DNA from: Eledone cirrhosa
Taxonomy: Eukaryota
Direction of reading: 5' to 3'
Assembly (NCBI GenBank): GCA_964016885.1
Contig: CAXHJY010001673.1
Coordinates: 62,001 to 126,000, forward strand
DNA length: 64,000 nt
Each line of letters begins with the position of its first letter. The stretch's first letter is position 1. The notes beneath the pieces are model-generated. The model searched no databases. It was given only the letters and a program-made list of their open reading frames with translations, and was not told the origin of the DNA. The translations under genes were made by a program, and so were the position numbers. Positions 1-14,044 of the stretch are shown piece by piece.

Positions 1-98
1 TCTCCCCGTCTCTATCTTTGTTTCTACCCCTCCCCTCTCTCTGTCTTTTTCTGTCTCTATATGTCATTCTACCCCCACTCTCTCTTCCACCTCCCACG

Positions 99-234
99 CT
101 TAAAGAGGACAACAAATGTTTTTGGTAAGGCAAGTAAAGATGCTGAGATAAATAAGTAGCTCCCCTTCCCCCCACATTCTTAAAGAGGACAACAAATGTT
201 TTTGGTAAGGCAAGTAACGATGCTGAGATAAATA
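99..234. repeat. Direct duplication of ~56 bp (80-bp period)
   Basis: cttaaagaggacaacaaatgtttttggtaaggcaagtaa(a/c)gatgctgagataaata at 99-154 and 179-234. Confidence 0.9.
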
Positions 235-1128
235 GGTAAGAATTAGAGAAAAGTCTCCCAGTTCTTGTTCCTGAAAGATTCGGTAAGTATAAAAGAATGA
301 ATAAAATAGAAAAGAAGTTTAAATTCCATACCAATAGGGAACAGAGCATTGAAATTGAAGTTGATGCTGTAACGTAACATAGCGTTAAATTTGCATTTCT
401 CTCTCGAGAAAGTAAGAAAAACTGGAAGCCATTGTGTGTAAAATCGCTAAAGGGGGTATTTTCACTACTTTTCGCGAATTCTCCTATGGTATGGCAGCTT
501 GCCATCAATGCCCACCAACCACCATCAACCAGCCACCATCAACACAGTTAGCATAATCATCTGAATACTACAATAACACCACGCCACCACTTCACCACTC
601 CATCATGCCAATAAACCTCCATAACTCATCTACCAACCCTTTCTTCTCGTTTTTCCACACCATATATTTTAACCATTTTTAACTTAATTGTTATCGACTG
701 TAAAAGTGTATATATTCATAGTAAAACAAAGACATATATATATATATACACATGCACACACACACAGACACTTACATTAAATGTATATATAAATGCATAT
801 AATGTATATATATGTATATGCACATATATATATATATATATACACACATGCACACAGACAGACACTTACATTAAATGTATATATAAATGCATATACTGTA
901 TATATATGTATGTATATGCATATATATATATATTAATATATATATGTATATATATATAGAGAGAGAGAGAGAGAGTGTGTGTGTGTGAGAGGGAAGAGAG
1001 AGGGAGGGAAGGAAAGAAAGAGAGGGGGAGAGAAGGAGATATTTACCTGATAAACTTAGACAAGTAACATTGATAAAATAGCTTATTTCATATCAATAAT
1101 TATACATACATATCTCTCTCTGCCCCTT

Positions 1129-1171
<43 letters not shown>

Positions 1172-1448
1172 GTAGATAAATCTACCAAGAGTTTACGGTA
1201 GTGTCCAATCCGTATGAAGAACTCAATGTAATCCGGATATCATGGAAAGAAGAGATGCAATGAAAAATCACTTTCGGTGATAATTTTGTACATAGATCTG
1301 TTGAATATGCATGCCAATTCTAACACATATATATCCTAGAAACGATCGTTAAATAATGAACTTTTTTTGTTTAATATAAGGAACTGTTTCATTGTTTTAT
1401 TCATTATTTTTTTAATATTTTATATATATATATATATAAATAACAAAA

Positions 1449-1640
1449 TAATTGTTTCTACTATTGGCACAAGGCCAGCAGTTATCCAGTACATTACTGG
1501 TACTTTATTTTATCGACCCCTTAAGGATGAAAGGCAAAATTAACCTTGGCGGGATTTGAACTCAGAATGGCAAGGGCCGTAACTCTATGCGTCAAAGCAT
1601 GGCGTCCGATCCTCTACCGATACTGCCAATCCACCGCCCC
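1449..1640 (-). mobile_element. tRNA-derived SINE (family S1), full length
   Basis: Minus strand has A-box-like tggcagtatcggtag, B-box-like gagttcaaatccc, central gcctttcatccttaaggggtcgataaaataaagtaccag and tail tgctggccttgtgccaatagtagaaacaattat; many copies in window. Confidence 0.85.
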
Positions 1641-2117
1641 CTATACATAACAAAATAAGATGCTGAGGTTACACATATCGTTTAATCATAATAATTATTT
1701 CTACGGTTCTCCATGCAATCGAGATGTCCTTCCTGCATTTGCTGTTGATTATGAGAACGGTATCATCAGATGAAAATCGATATATTTGATATGTCGCTGG
1801 CAGGAAAACACACATCCTAATGCCTGTGCGCCCAGCATACACACACATATATATATATTTCGTTTCTGAATTTGTTTAGCAAGATTCTTTATCTGAAATC
1901 GTGTGTTGAAACCGATATTGTTATACTCTGAAGAGGTCACAGAGTGTGTGACGAAAGGACTATGACTATATATAAACAACTATCTGGTTGTGGAACCAAC
2001 CAACCAACCAGAAATTTATAAATTTATAAATTTGTAAATTTATAAATATATAATAAATTGAAGTGAAAGCATCTCGTGCGTGTGTTTCTTATTGGCAACA
2101 TGACCCTCCCAAAGTAT

Positions 2118-2780
<663 letters not shown>

Positions 2781-2800
2781 TATATATATATATATATATA

Positions 2801-3390
2801 TAAAACATGAGAAGAAAGAAGAATACTGCGTGGTTGCACATGGGTTACATATGATAAAAATAGTCCTTCGTCAGTGATTTGCCAACCATCATTGATATTT
2901 CATCGCATTAAAAATCATATACCTCAGGTTGGTGCGAGCAATAACTAAATAAAGCTATTGGGACAAGTAAATCGCGTAAAGCGAGTGAGACAAGTAAGCA
3001 ACATAGAAGGATGAAAGCAACGCAAGGATGGGAATAAACAAGCAACATGGTTATCTGGTCAGCATAATCTGGGTAGATTTCATGAGCGATCGTGATACAG
3101 ACCGTCCGACGTGAGTGAGATGTGAGCAAGAAGAGAACCCACTACAAGCCAAACAGGAGGAAGTGAGAAGGGGAGAAACAGAGTGTGAGTGAGTGGAAGT
3201 GCGAGGAAGAGGTTAGGCGAGAGAAAGTGTAACTGACAGAGGGGGCGAAAGAAGGTGAGAGCAACAGAGAGAACGGGGAAGCAGTAAGAGAGAAACAGAC
3301 AAACGTAGCCGAGGTAAATATATATTAAAAACATGAGAAGAAAGAAGAATACTGCGTGGTTGCACATGGGTTACATATGATAAAAAAAAA
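2801..3390 (-). mobile_element. (TA)n-embedded element with ~60-bp direct repeat (pLTR-like), family H
   Basis: aaaacatgagaagaaagaagaatactgcgtggttgcacatgggttacatatgataaaaa at ~2802 and ~3328; reverse complement of 2801-2906 aligns with 60955-61050. Confidence 0.65.
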
Positions 3391-3706
3391 AATATATATA
3401 TATATATACATATAATATATACCTTATTACGTAGGGTGCGGTTGGCATGTATTTATGAAACAGTGATAATGTAATATGTTATGATATTTCCTCATCATCC
3501 CCTCACCACCACCCTCCCCCTGGAGTCTCTACTGTACACCCCCTCCTGACACCACTCCCCACCCATCACCGTTGCATGGATAGGTAAAAATTGATGAATG
3601 ATATCAAGTATGTACTGGGAGTTTGCTGGCTGGCTGGCTAGATTGTTAGATGGTTGGTTGCTTTTGTTTCGTTTCGTTTGTATTTTGTTTTACATGTTTC
3701 TATCTT

Positions 3707-3746
<40 letters not shown>

Positions 3747-3747
<1 letters not shown>

Positions 3748-3836
3748 GATAACATTTTACACATTTTTATTGTATGTAAACTTCCCCCTTTGTATTTGTC
3801 TCCTTCTTTTGTGCCCCTGTGGCTAATAAAGAAACA

Positions 3837-3884
<48 letters not shown>

Positions 3885-3972
3885 AATCTATATACCCTTT
3901 TTACTCGATTATATGTAAACTCCCCCTTTGTATTTGTCCCTTCTTTTTATGCCTTTATGGTAAATAAAGAAA
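3747..3972 (+). mobile_element. Two extra 3'-end fragments of the Tx1-like LINE inside (TATC)n
   Basis: tgtaaact(t)cccctttgtatttgtc..aataaagaaa followed by (TATC)n at 3747-3837 and 3895-3972; same as the 4525-4617 tail. Confidence 0.8.
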
Positions 3973-3997
3973 TCTATCTATCTATCAATCTATCTAT

Positions 3998-4617
3998 GTG
4001 CACGCATTCATACACTGCCCGGGCGTCACTGACCTGTGGGGCTATGTAGAACGACTATTGTCGCGGGTGGGACCAATCCAGTTGACCACCGAGTCCATTG
4101 TCATGATCAAACCGCCACCCTCCTTCAAAAACGAAGGCGAGGCGGTTTTCCTTTGTGTGATAGCTATGGCGAAAGAGGTTGTATGGTGGACAAGGTTAAA
4201 AGGGCTGAAGTCAGACACTTTTCTCTCCGGCCAACAACTGATTCTTTTTTTCAAATACCACTTTGGAAGAAGAATCAGGATGGAGAGAGAGGTGCTGTAC
4301 CCCAGCAAGTTTTATGAAAGGTGGGTGAAAGTGGCGAGAATGGCCCAAGTGAATGGGCCTTCTCTCTATATCAGCCTGTAGGTTGAGGAAAAGGAGAAGA
4401 AAGGAGTACAAAATCTTCGTACTCCTGGAGAAGAGGGTTGCACATTTTTTCGGGGGTATGTGTTACCCATATGAACTGTCTCCCCATATTGGGGAAAATC
4501 AACTAATTTTTTAAATTGCATTTGTGATAACATTTTATACGTTTTTATTGTATGTAAACTTACCCCCTTTGTATTTGTCCCCTTCTTTTGTGCCCCTGTG
4601 GCTAATAAAGAAACATA
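3998..4617 (+). mobile_element. 5'-truncated Tx1/L1-clade non-LTR retrotransposon (ORF2 C-terminus plus 3'UTR)
   Basis: ORF 3998-4381 HAFIHCPGVTDLWGYVERLL..AKEVVWWTR matches the end of the CCHC knuckle and the following LW / K..W..R pattern of L1/Tx1 ORF2; AATAAA then (TATC)n. Confidence 0.75.
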
Positions 4618-4655
4618 TCTATCTATCTCTATAAATATATGTCTGTCTGTCTCTC

Positions 4656-4770
<115 letters not shown>

Positions 4771-4951
4771 CACAGTACCCTGCCCCCATTACTTTTAAGT
4801 AAGTATCTCTTGCTAGAAAGTTCTATCCATTTTTTTCATTCTTACCTATTTTTTGTGTCTTTCCGACGCCTAAAACCACACACACACACACATACACACA
4901 CACACACACATACACACACATACTCACATATACACACACACATATACGCAC

Positions 4952-4995
<44 letters not shown>

Positions 4996-5159
4996 ACATA
5001 CACACAGACATACATACAAACACACACATACATACAAACACACACATACATACACACACACATACACACATACACACATACATACATACATACACACACA
5101 CATACACACATACACACATACAAACACACACATACATACACACATACACACACACATAT

Positions 5160-5190
<31 letters not shown>

Positions 5191-5870
5191 CATATCCATA
5201 CACATATACACACACGGTCTCATGCTACGTTACTACGTCACCTTTCAGTTTATCCTTTCGTTCTTCATTTACCTTCTTTACCTCTACCCCTCCCTCTCTA
5301 CCTCCACCTATTACAACCCCACCCTCCCCTCCTACTCCCCCTCCCCCTCCTTCTACTCTTCATTGTTTTCCTCTTCCTCCTCTCTTCTTCTATATTATCA
5401 CTCTCTTTATCTCTACCCCTCCCTCTCTACATCCACCTATTATCCCCCCCCCCCCTCCCCTCACCCCCCCTTCTACCCTTCATTGTTTTCCTCTTCCTCC
5501 TCTCTTCTTCTATATTATCACTCTCTTTACCTCTACCTCTCCTTCTCTACCTCCATCTCCACCTATTGCATCACCCTCTTCTTCGTCTTCTTCTTCTATC
5601 ACTCTCTCTACCGCCACCTCCACCTATTGCATCTTCATCTTACTATTGCATCCTCATACCCCCCCCCCATCCCACTCCTCCTCCTCCTCCTCCGCCCCTC
5701 CTACCTCTATTCTATGCCTCTCTTTTCCCCCCTTACGGCTTTCGCACTTTATAAATCTTCCGTCGTCACGTCACGTAACTCTCTGACAGGATCCGTCTTT
5801 CTTATTATTTTCATCATTTTATCGCCATGTCTATTCTATGACGCATATGCAAACATAAACACACACACAC

Positions 5871-6102
<232 letters not shown>

Positions 6103-6152
6103 GCATAAGTTTGTACACTCACACATATATATATATATATATACATACATAC

Positions 6153-6498
6153 ACAGAGGGGCGCGCACACATACACACGCTCACGCCGGCGCGTTCGAAC
6201 ATGCATACATAGAGCAGATACAAACACATACGTACATTCGTACAAATGCAGAAACACACACACACATACACACGCATACCCACGTACGTGTGCATACATA
6301 AACTCATACACACATACACGCACGCACACACACACACAGAGAGGGGCGCGCGTACATACACACGCTCACGCCGGCATACATAAAGCAGATACAAACACAT
6401 ACGTACATTCGTACAAATGCACAAACACACACACACACACACATACACATACACACGCATACCCACGTACGTGTGCATACATAAACTCATACACACAT

Positions 6499-6556
<58 letters not shown>

Positions 6557-6830
6557 GGGCGCGCGTACATACACACGCTCACGCCGGCATACATAAAGCA
6601 GATACAAACACATACGTACATTCGTACAAATGCAGAAACACACACACACACATACACACGCATACCCACGTACGTGTGCATACATAAACTCATACACACA
6701 TACACGCACGCACACACACACACACAGAGGGGCGCGCGTACATACACACGCTCACGCCGGCATACATAAAGCAGATACAAACACATACGTACATTTGTAC
6801 AAATGCACAAACACACACACACACACACAC
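6153..6830. repeat. Tandem array of four ~170-210 bp units with variable (CA)n
   Basis: agaggggcgcgc..acacacgctcacgccggc..gcagatacaaacacatacgtacatt recurs at ~6153, 6339, 6552 and 6725. Confidence 0.9.
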
Positions 6831-7357
6831 ATACACATATTCACGTACGTGTGCATATACACACAAGCGAGCAAACATGCATACATGGAAATACACACAC
6901 ATACCTACATTCATACATATGCACAAACACACACACAGACACTTACGTACGTTTGCGTACACACAGAAGCGCGCAAACATGCATACATGAAAATGCACAA
7001 ACATATACGTACATTCATACAAATACACACACACACACACACCACACACAGACACTCACATACACGTGCATACACACACACAAGTGCACGAACATACATA
7101 CATAAAAATACACAAACATATATGTACATTCATACAAATACAGATACACACATACACATACGCGTACACACACACACACACACACATACGAGTACACACA
7201 CACACATAAGCGTGCACATACACACATGCATGCATATAAATGCACTAGCACGCACATGCATACACACAAATACACATTTAAGCATGCATACATTCTAACA
7301 TACATATGCACGTGCATACACATAAACATACCTTTAAGCATCCCAAAATCCAAGCAT

Positions 7358-7402
<45 letters not shown>

Positions 7403-7584
7403 TCTATCTACACATACAAATACACAAATATGCATAGGCACAAACACATCTTTAAGCATAGAGTAAAAACGCGCACACATACATCCACATCAAGAAATCA
7501 ACAAACACACTCTCACACACAGAGAGGTGCATATGCATACATATACACAAACATTGAAAGATACAGAATTCCAAACACACACAT

Positions 7585-7617
<33 letters not shown>

Positions 7618-8254
7618 CATATACATGCATGCACACAAACATATACGCTTATACACTCACATACATGCATATAAGATGTGTGTTTAGACAAAGTACTGTT
7701 TGTACATAGTATGTATATCAGTATTGTATTTAGGTATGTATTTGGCGGCTATGTACACACGAAGACATGATCGAGTATTTAAAGATTTTGCTTCACATTC
7801 ATGGGGTTTCCCGTTAAATTTCCCCTCGAGGGGCATCGTGGACAATTGTCTTTTGTTGTAATATTGAGTCGAGATAACATTTGTGAAAGAAACTGAAGGA
7901 AAGAATGTATCCATTTCTATTATGAGACAGGCTATGGGTTTTGCGCCTCTGGCTGAGAAACCATCTGCTTGATCCTTGGAAAGTTCTTCTCTGAAACACA
8001 AGCTTGAGCAAGGTTTTATGGAAGCCCAGCTGTTGCCCATGAATGCCAATCTCCACCCTCTACGCCACAAATGTTGTTCAAAGTAAAGATAAATACAGCT
8101 CAACGGCAGTGTCATTACAACCCATTCATAGATACGACTCATTTAGTTAGTTTAAGTAGACTGGAGCAACTTCAAATAAAGTAAATTGCTTAGGTATGGT
8201 ATACACACATATATATATATGTGTGTATGCACATATATGTATGTTTGTCTGTAT

Positions 8255-8287
<33 letters not shown>

Positions 8288-8289
<2 letters not shown>

Positions 8290-8715
8290 AAACGTTAGAA
8301 TATGTGTAATAAGGCCAAGACAATGCAGATATGGACATAGAAAAAAGAATGCAATAGTGAAAGATATTGATGTGAATTCGTCTTTCACCTTGAATTTATT
8401 TAAATGTCCTTAATTTTCGAGATAATATCTCTTCTTCGGAGGGAAGTAAAGGTCTCAGTCCAGCGTCTTTAAATCTCTAATATTTAGAGATTTAAAGACG
8501 CTCTGAGACCTTTACTTCCCTCCGAAGAAGAGATATTATCTCGAAAATTAAGGACATTTAAATAAATTCAAGGTGAAAGACGAATTCACATCAATATCTT
8601 TCACTATTGCATTCTTTTTTCTATGTCCATACCTGCATTGTCTTGGCCTTATTACACATATTCTAACGTTTTACCTCATTACACAATGCTTCAAGTGAAC
8701 TATAACCTCCTCCCA
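8288..8715 (+). mobile_element. (TA)n-embedded long fold-back element, family E, degenerate hammerhead
   Basis: ~190-bp arms 8288-8673 centred near 8481; cct-CCGAAGA-a-gagat-att-atctc-GAAA-at-TA-agg at 8519-8553; related copy at ~39880-40095. Confidence 0.75.
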
Positions 8716-8761
8716 TATGTATATATATATATTTAATAATAATAGTATATATTAAATCATT

Positions 8762-8834
8762 TTTCATTCTAATGAACGATTTCAGATGTCCGTGTCGAGC
8801 TCGTCTTCCTTCGTGAAACCTTTGGTAAATGGAA
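8762..8834 (+). ncRNA. Hammerhead ribozyme with core substitution (family D)
   Basis: tttcatt-CTAATGA-acga..tcgt-GAAA-cc-ttt-gg-TA^-aatggaa; the G5>A change probably inactivates it. Confidence 0.65.
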
Positions 8835-8859
8835 TAATTGTCTTATGTTGTTTATTACA

Positions 8860-8931
<72 letters not shown>

Positions 8932-8933
<2 letters not shown>

Positions 8934-9123
8934 ACCCAGTAGAGGAAGACCACGAAAATCATGAGAGCTGATCTCAGAACGCTGAAGCTCACGGAGGAGG
9001 TGAAGAAGGACCGTAACGAACGATCGTAACGAATGGAGAGATGCTGTGCTGAATAGGGAATGTCCCACCCTTGAAAGCAGGGATAAGCAGACGTAAAATG
9101 ATGATGATGATGATGATGATGAT
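8932..9123 (+). mobile_element. RTE-clade LINE 3' end with (ATG)n tail
   Basis: Translates RPSRGRPRKS..RADLRTLKLTEEVKKDRN..EWRDAV, the RTE C-terminal RGRPR..DR..WR pattern. Confidence 0.7.
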
Positions 9124-9145
9124 ATATATATATATATATATATAT

Positions 9146-9319
9146 CCAGTGGGTGTAACTAGGAGTTACTGCAGGTTTACCCGGGTGAGCACTCGATGTT
9201 TAGGTTCACTTCTGTGATGATGTGTAGAGCTATACAGAGTGTAAAATATAGAAAGGATAAAAAGGACGATTGATTATTCCTTCGTTGCATTTTATTGATA
9301 GGTGACGCGCGTTTCGCCA

Positions 9320-9322
<3 letters not shown>
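9146..9322 (-). mobile_element. (TA)n-embedded PLE-like 3' end with hammerhead 3' half
   Basis: Minus strand ggc-GAAA-cgcgcg-TC^-acctatc-AATAAA; palindromic stem III acgcgcgt; truncated within stem II by (TA)n. Confidence 0.65.
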
Positions 9323-9389
<67 letters not shown>

Positions 9390-9390
<1 letters not shown>

Positions 9391-9733
9391 TGGTAAACGG
9401 AATAGAAAATGCTGACAAATTGTTCACAGTTGAAAAATGGTTTAATTAGGAATAAAAGAGTATTAGTGATTGTATGGGTTAGTATTCAGTTGTGGTTTTA
9501 AGTTTTTAAGTTTTTACCGGTTGCGCATTTCTAAATGCTTTTCAAAAATAATTTTGAGATAGAGTGTCCGTGCTGTTTGCTCTGATCTGATTAGTTTTGG
9601 GAATTCTACCTGTTTTTATGTTAAAAAAGTGGCTCCAGCGTTATTTTTGTGTTGCAAAAATGCTTGTGGTCAAAACAATTTTGATTGGTCGGTAGAGGTC
9701 ATGTGAATGTAAAAAGTTGATTTTGCGCCAAGA

Positions 9734-9736
<3 letters not shown>
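9390..9736 (-). mobile_element. Putative Penelope-like fragment with GIY-YIG C-terminal motif
   Basis: Minus strand KNLKPQLNTNPYNH* (KPQLN at 9484-9498); (TA)n on both sides. Confidence 0.45.
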
Positions 9737-9787
<51 letters not shown>

Positions 9788-9790
<3 letters not shown>

Positions 9791-10181
9791 AAGTTTTATT
9801 TAAATTGTTGGGTTAACAACGAGTAAATATTTATAACTGATATAAAAGCACTCAACAAGTATTTGGAGTATATTTACGATATTAAATAAATGGAAACTAT
9901 ATTTATAAAACCATATTTATTTCATTATATATATTTCAGGGATATCATATTAAAAATATGTTATGCCTTCTTCAGACAAAATACAATATAAACAGTCTTA
10001 TAAATAGATAGATTCGACATACCTTTCAACTTCGACTTCTATTTGAAAAGTTGATTTATAAGACTGTTTATATTGTATTTTGTCTGAAGAAGGCATAACA
10101 TATTTTTAATATGATATCCCTGAAATATATATAATGAAATAAATATGGTTTTATAAATATAGTTTCCATTTATTTAATATC

Positions 10182-10184
<3 letters not shown>
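9788..10184. mobile_element. (TA)n-embedded fold-back element, family B, with two opposed hammerheads
   Basis: Arms 9875-10005 and 10054-10184; hammerheads at 9918-9983 (-) and 10076-10141 (+). Confidence 0.85.
10076..10141 (+). ncRNA. Type I hammerhead ribozyme
   Basis: tattttgt-CTGAAGA-aggcataacatatt-ttt-aatatgatatccct-GAAA-tatata-TA^-atgaaata; 12 of 14 stem II positions pair. Confidence 0.8.
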
Positions 10185-10257
<73 letters not shown>

Positions 10258-11870
10258 CATGTGAAGTGAATTGAACGATTTCATGGTGTTTTCGAATGGC
10301 TTAGATGAATCTTCTTGATACAATTCCTATAGTTTCAATACACAATCTATGATCAAGTCACTTGCTTGAGAAATATATCTGAAATTTCTTAAAATGGTCT
10401 GTCCACTAATAAGTCAATAATTATGACAACATACTCTCCTCTTCGTTGATATATCTGACTTAGTATAAAATTGTCTACGGCCATAGACCAATCTCTCTCT
10501 CTGTGTCTCTCTCTCTCTCTGTCTCTCTCTCTGTCTCTCTCTGTCTCTCTCTCTCTCTCCCTCTCTCTATCTCTCCCTCTCCCTCTCCCTCTCTCTCTCC
10601 TCTCCTCTCCAATCTCTCTTTCCTCTGACGGTTTCTCTCCTCTCTTTCCTTCCGTCTATCTATCTGTCGCTTTCTCTCTTTCTCTCCTGCTCTGTCTGCA
10701 TGCCTCCCTATCTGTCTCTCCGATCTCTCTTTCCCTATCTCCCCCTCTCTCCCTCTCTCTCCCTATCTCCCCTCTCTCCCTCTCCCTCCCTTCTATTCAA
10801 CTTGAATCAATGTCAAGTCTTTAATAGTCTGGTGTAGACTCAGTAGCGATATTTCTTTTCCTAAACACCGCACTAGACTGTACAGTAATGACGGAAAATC
10901 CTTTCTGCGGCTGTCAACATATGTCCTTAATAATTTACGTTATTCGGAAGGTCTAGTTTAAAGCTGCACCATTGAAATATATAGCAAGAACAAGTACAAT
11001 CTGACGAGGGTTTAATTTGAAGGTTATCAATAAAGGGAGATAAGAATGTTGTTGGGTTGTCAATGTAATTTGGAGCATGTTTATTCCCTAACGAATAGAA
11101 AAGAATTAATAGATTCTCACATCATCACCAGCATTAGACTTAAATGTTGCTAATTAAATGACGTGTCAGTGTGTAATCAATAAACTAGCCACACAATATA
11201 TCGACTGCCATATACAACATACACACTGTATCACATAATATAACTACGCTCACCATCATACAATAACACAGTATTATTCACAATATCACACATACACACT
11301 ATATCACATATTTCAATTCGCCACCATATAACAACACACTATTCAATTTCTATTAGTGAAAACTTTGATTTATCTCCTTCTATAATTTCTATCATTCGTT
11401 CGGTCTCGTGACGCTAATTTTTGTGACTGCGCTATTATCATACGTGCCTACTATCACCGAACTCACCAATGCTTCTAAACACATATTCAAGTCTCCTTTA
11501 TTAGTATTAGTATTATTAGTTCTAACACCAGACTTACAACCTCAAATCAAAACACTTTCGTTGCAATCATAAAACACTGCATTATTTAAAGTTGTGATAA
11601 TCAATGACTTTTAATATGTACTCAAACATATTACATTACTAAATAAGATATTCATAAAGGATACTCACTAAGTCACTTCCTCTCAACGTAGTATGATGTT
11701 GTTGCTGAAGCAATATACAATACTACCTGTAGGAAAGAATGCATGCATGGTCTCGTAACCTTTGAGGGAGTCTTAGGGACACTCTGTAGACATTCGGCAT
11801 TACTAGGGCATATTTACTTAAACCTGGTGGAGCCCATCTTCTTTACAGGTCTGAATACAACAGATTTCTC

Positions 11871-11947
<77 letters not shown>

Positions 11948-12273
11948 TTGAGAAAATTATATTGCAGAAAGAATCGATCCCAGTACTTGGCTGATATTTT
12001 TTTTTTATCGACTTCGAAAGGATGAAAGGTAAAGTTGACCTCGTTCTAACGACTCTGTCAATTCGCTACCTGTAGGAAAGAATGTACTGGTATAAATACA
12101 GAAAAGATATTATTTTTTTGATTTAAGATAAGCTCCAGTTTCCACAGCTTGTATGGGATTCTCTGTTTAAGCAACTTTACATCATTCATGGTCAAAATTC
12201 AGTTTTTACCTTCTTTAAATTGCAGCAATTTGTGCCTAATGAAATTTAACCATTATTATAATTACAATTAGTT

Positions 12274-12480
12274 AAGGCGGCGGAGTGGCAGAATTGATAG
12301 GGTATTGGACAAAATGCTTTGCAGTTACGATTTAGACTTTAAATCCCACCGAGGGTAACTTAGCTTTATATCCTTTCACTGTCAATAAAATACCCCTAGT
12401 GAAGAACTTGGTCGATAAAATCAACTTTCCCATTCCCTGCAAATTGCTAACTGTGTGCCTAAATTAGAAATTACAATTAA
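12274..12480 (+). mobile_element. Diverged SINE S1 copy
   Basis: aaggcggcggagtggcagaattg..aaatcccaccgagggtaacttagctttatatcc..ctgtgtgcctaaattagaaa. Confidence 0.65.
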
Positions 12481-12503
12481 TTGATTTGTTAATGAATATA
12501 TCA

Positions 12504-12820
12504 CTGCTGAAAGCAATGAGTAATAATTTATAAATATGAGACTTTCAAGTCCCGCCATTAAAAAAAGGAAATAATTCTGATTTCAATTTTCTGCGCAGAT
12601 TTGTCTGCGATAAAAACCAGTATATAAGTATTTATAGGCCAATATTCTAATTATAATTGATTTCTTAATAAATATGTTTCTGCTATAAGCAATGAGTAAT
12701 AATACATAAATATAAGACTTACAAGTCCCTACATCTGTGTTTAAAAAATCTTCTGCCTTCAATTTCCTGCAGAGATTTGTCTGCGATAAAAAACAACAGT
12801 ATATAAGTATTTATAGGCCA
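12504..12820. repeat. Diverged direct duplication of ~140 bp
   Basis: agcaatgagtaataat..agatttgtctgcgataaaaa..cagtatataagtatttataggcca present twice. Confidence 0.8.
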
Positions 12821-13760
12821 GCAGCCTAAACAGAAAAAAAATTATTCTTTGAAATAAAAATGTGTCAGACACTTCAATATCTAAGTCCCATTTCTTTCTC
12901 GTGTTTTCTTTTCTTTTCTATTGCAAGAAATATATAAATTCTAAGATCTTGTTTGAAAATCATTTCTAACAGAAACATATATTTTATCTCATAAACTTAA
13001 TCTGTTTAAAAGAACTTGTTTTAAACAAATGGCAATTGTCTGCGAGAGAGAAATAACTTGCTTTAAGCATCGATGGTGTTTAATGTCCGAAATTAATTGG
13101 TTCTATCGATCTATCTATCAGTAATGATCTTTGAGATATTGGGCTAAGAAATTTGAAGAAAGGAATAAGAAAGAAGAAAAGAACAAAAACAGATTCTCTT
13201 CTGATAACATTTTTACTTTAGCTGAACTTAAAAGAAAAAAACAAACAAAATAGTACAAAACAAAATAATATTCAACAGGAAAAGCAATAAAACGAAATGA
13301 AGAAAAAAACAAAAAACAACATGGTGTCTTCAGTGGAATGGATATGCATTATTAAAAGGTTTGATCCTGGATGATTTCACAGGCTAAAAGTGGTTGATAA
13401 TTTTTTTTTTAAAGATATCATCATAGATAAGAGAATTCTTTGGATAGGAGGAGGATAAATGAACGCTATCTCAACCTAAATATAGAAAAGCATTAACTTA
13501 CGAAACAGATCTCTTAAACTGTAGCGATGATGATGATGATGGCGATGATGATGATGATTGTTTCTATATTTGGCACAACGCCATCAATAGCAATTCGAAG
13601 GGAAGGAGAAAGACGATCAAATCAACCTCGGTGTGTTATGGTAAAGTATTGGTTCGTCTCTGTAAGAAAATAAAGTACCAGTAAACTAAACTCTACAAGG
13701 ACTCAAACTGTGAAGATGTTCATATCCTTATATTAAATATATTTTATATGTTCACATACA

Positions 13761-13790
<30 letters not shown>

Positions 13791-13793
<3 letters not shown>

Positions 13794-13934
13794 CGAAGGA
13801 AATGTGGTAAGGAACCAGATGGACCATAACGCACCAAAGTACTCAATACTTAGGGTAGTAGAGTGGGTAATAGGAACGAGTAGGACCCCGTCGAAACGGC
13901 TTGATCTCAGCCGTCGGTGTCCTACTCGTTCCTA
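13791..13934. mobile_element. Family A fold-back element
   Basis: taacgaaggaaatgtggtaaggaacc..taggaacgagtaggacccc, then gtcgaaacggcttgatctcagccgtc..tcgttccta; (TA)n flanks. Confidence 0.85.
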
Positions 13935-13984
13935 TATATATATATATATATTATTATTATGTAATAAACAACATAAGGCAATTA

Positions 13985-14044
13985 TTCCATTTACCAGTGG
14001 TTTCTTAAAAGCAAAAGGTTTTGCTTTCAATCCTCAGAACGGAA
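13985..14044 (-). ncRNA. Type I hammerhead ribozyme (family D)
   Basis: Minus: ttccgtt-CTGAGGA-ttgaaagcaaaa-cc-ttttgcttttaa-GAAA-cc-act-gg-TA^-aatggaa; core intact and all three stems pair. Confidence 0.85.

Noticed and set aside
1449-1640. tRNA gene suggested by A/B boxes
   Set aside because: The boxes belong to the SINE head; no cloverleaf forms and SINE core and tail follow
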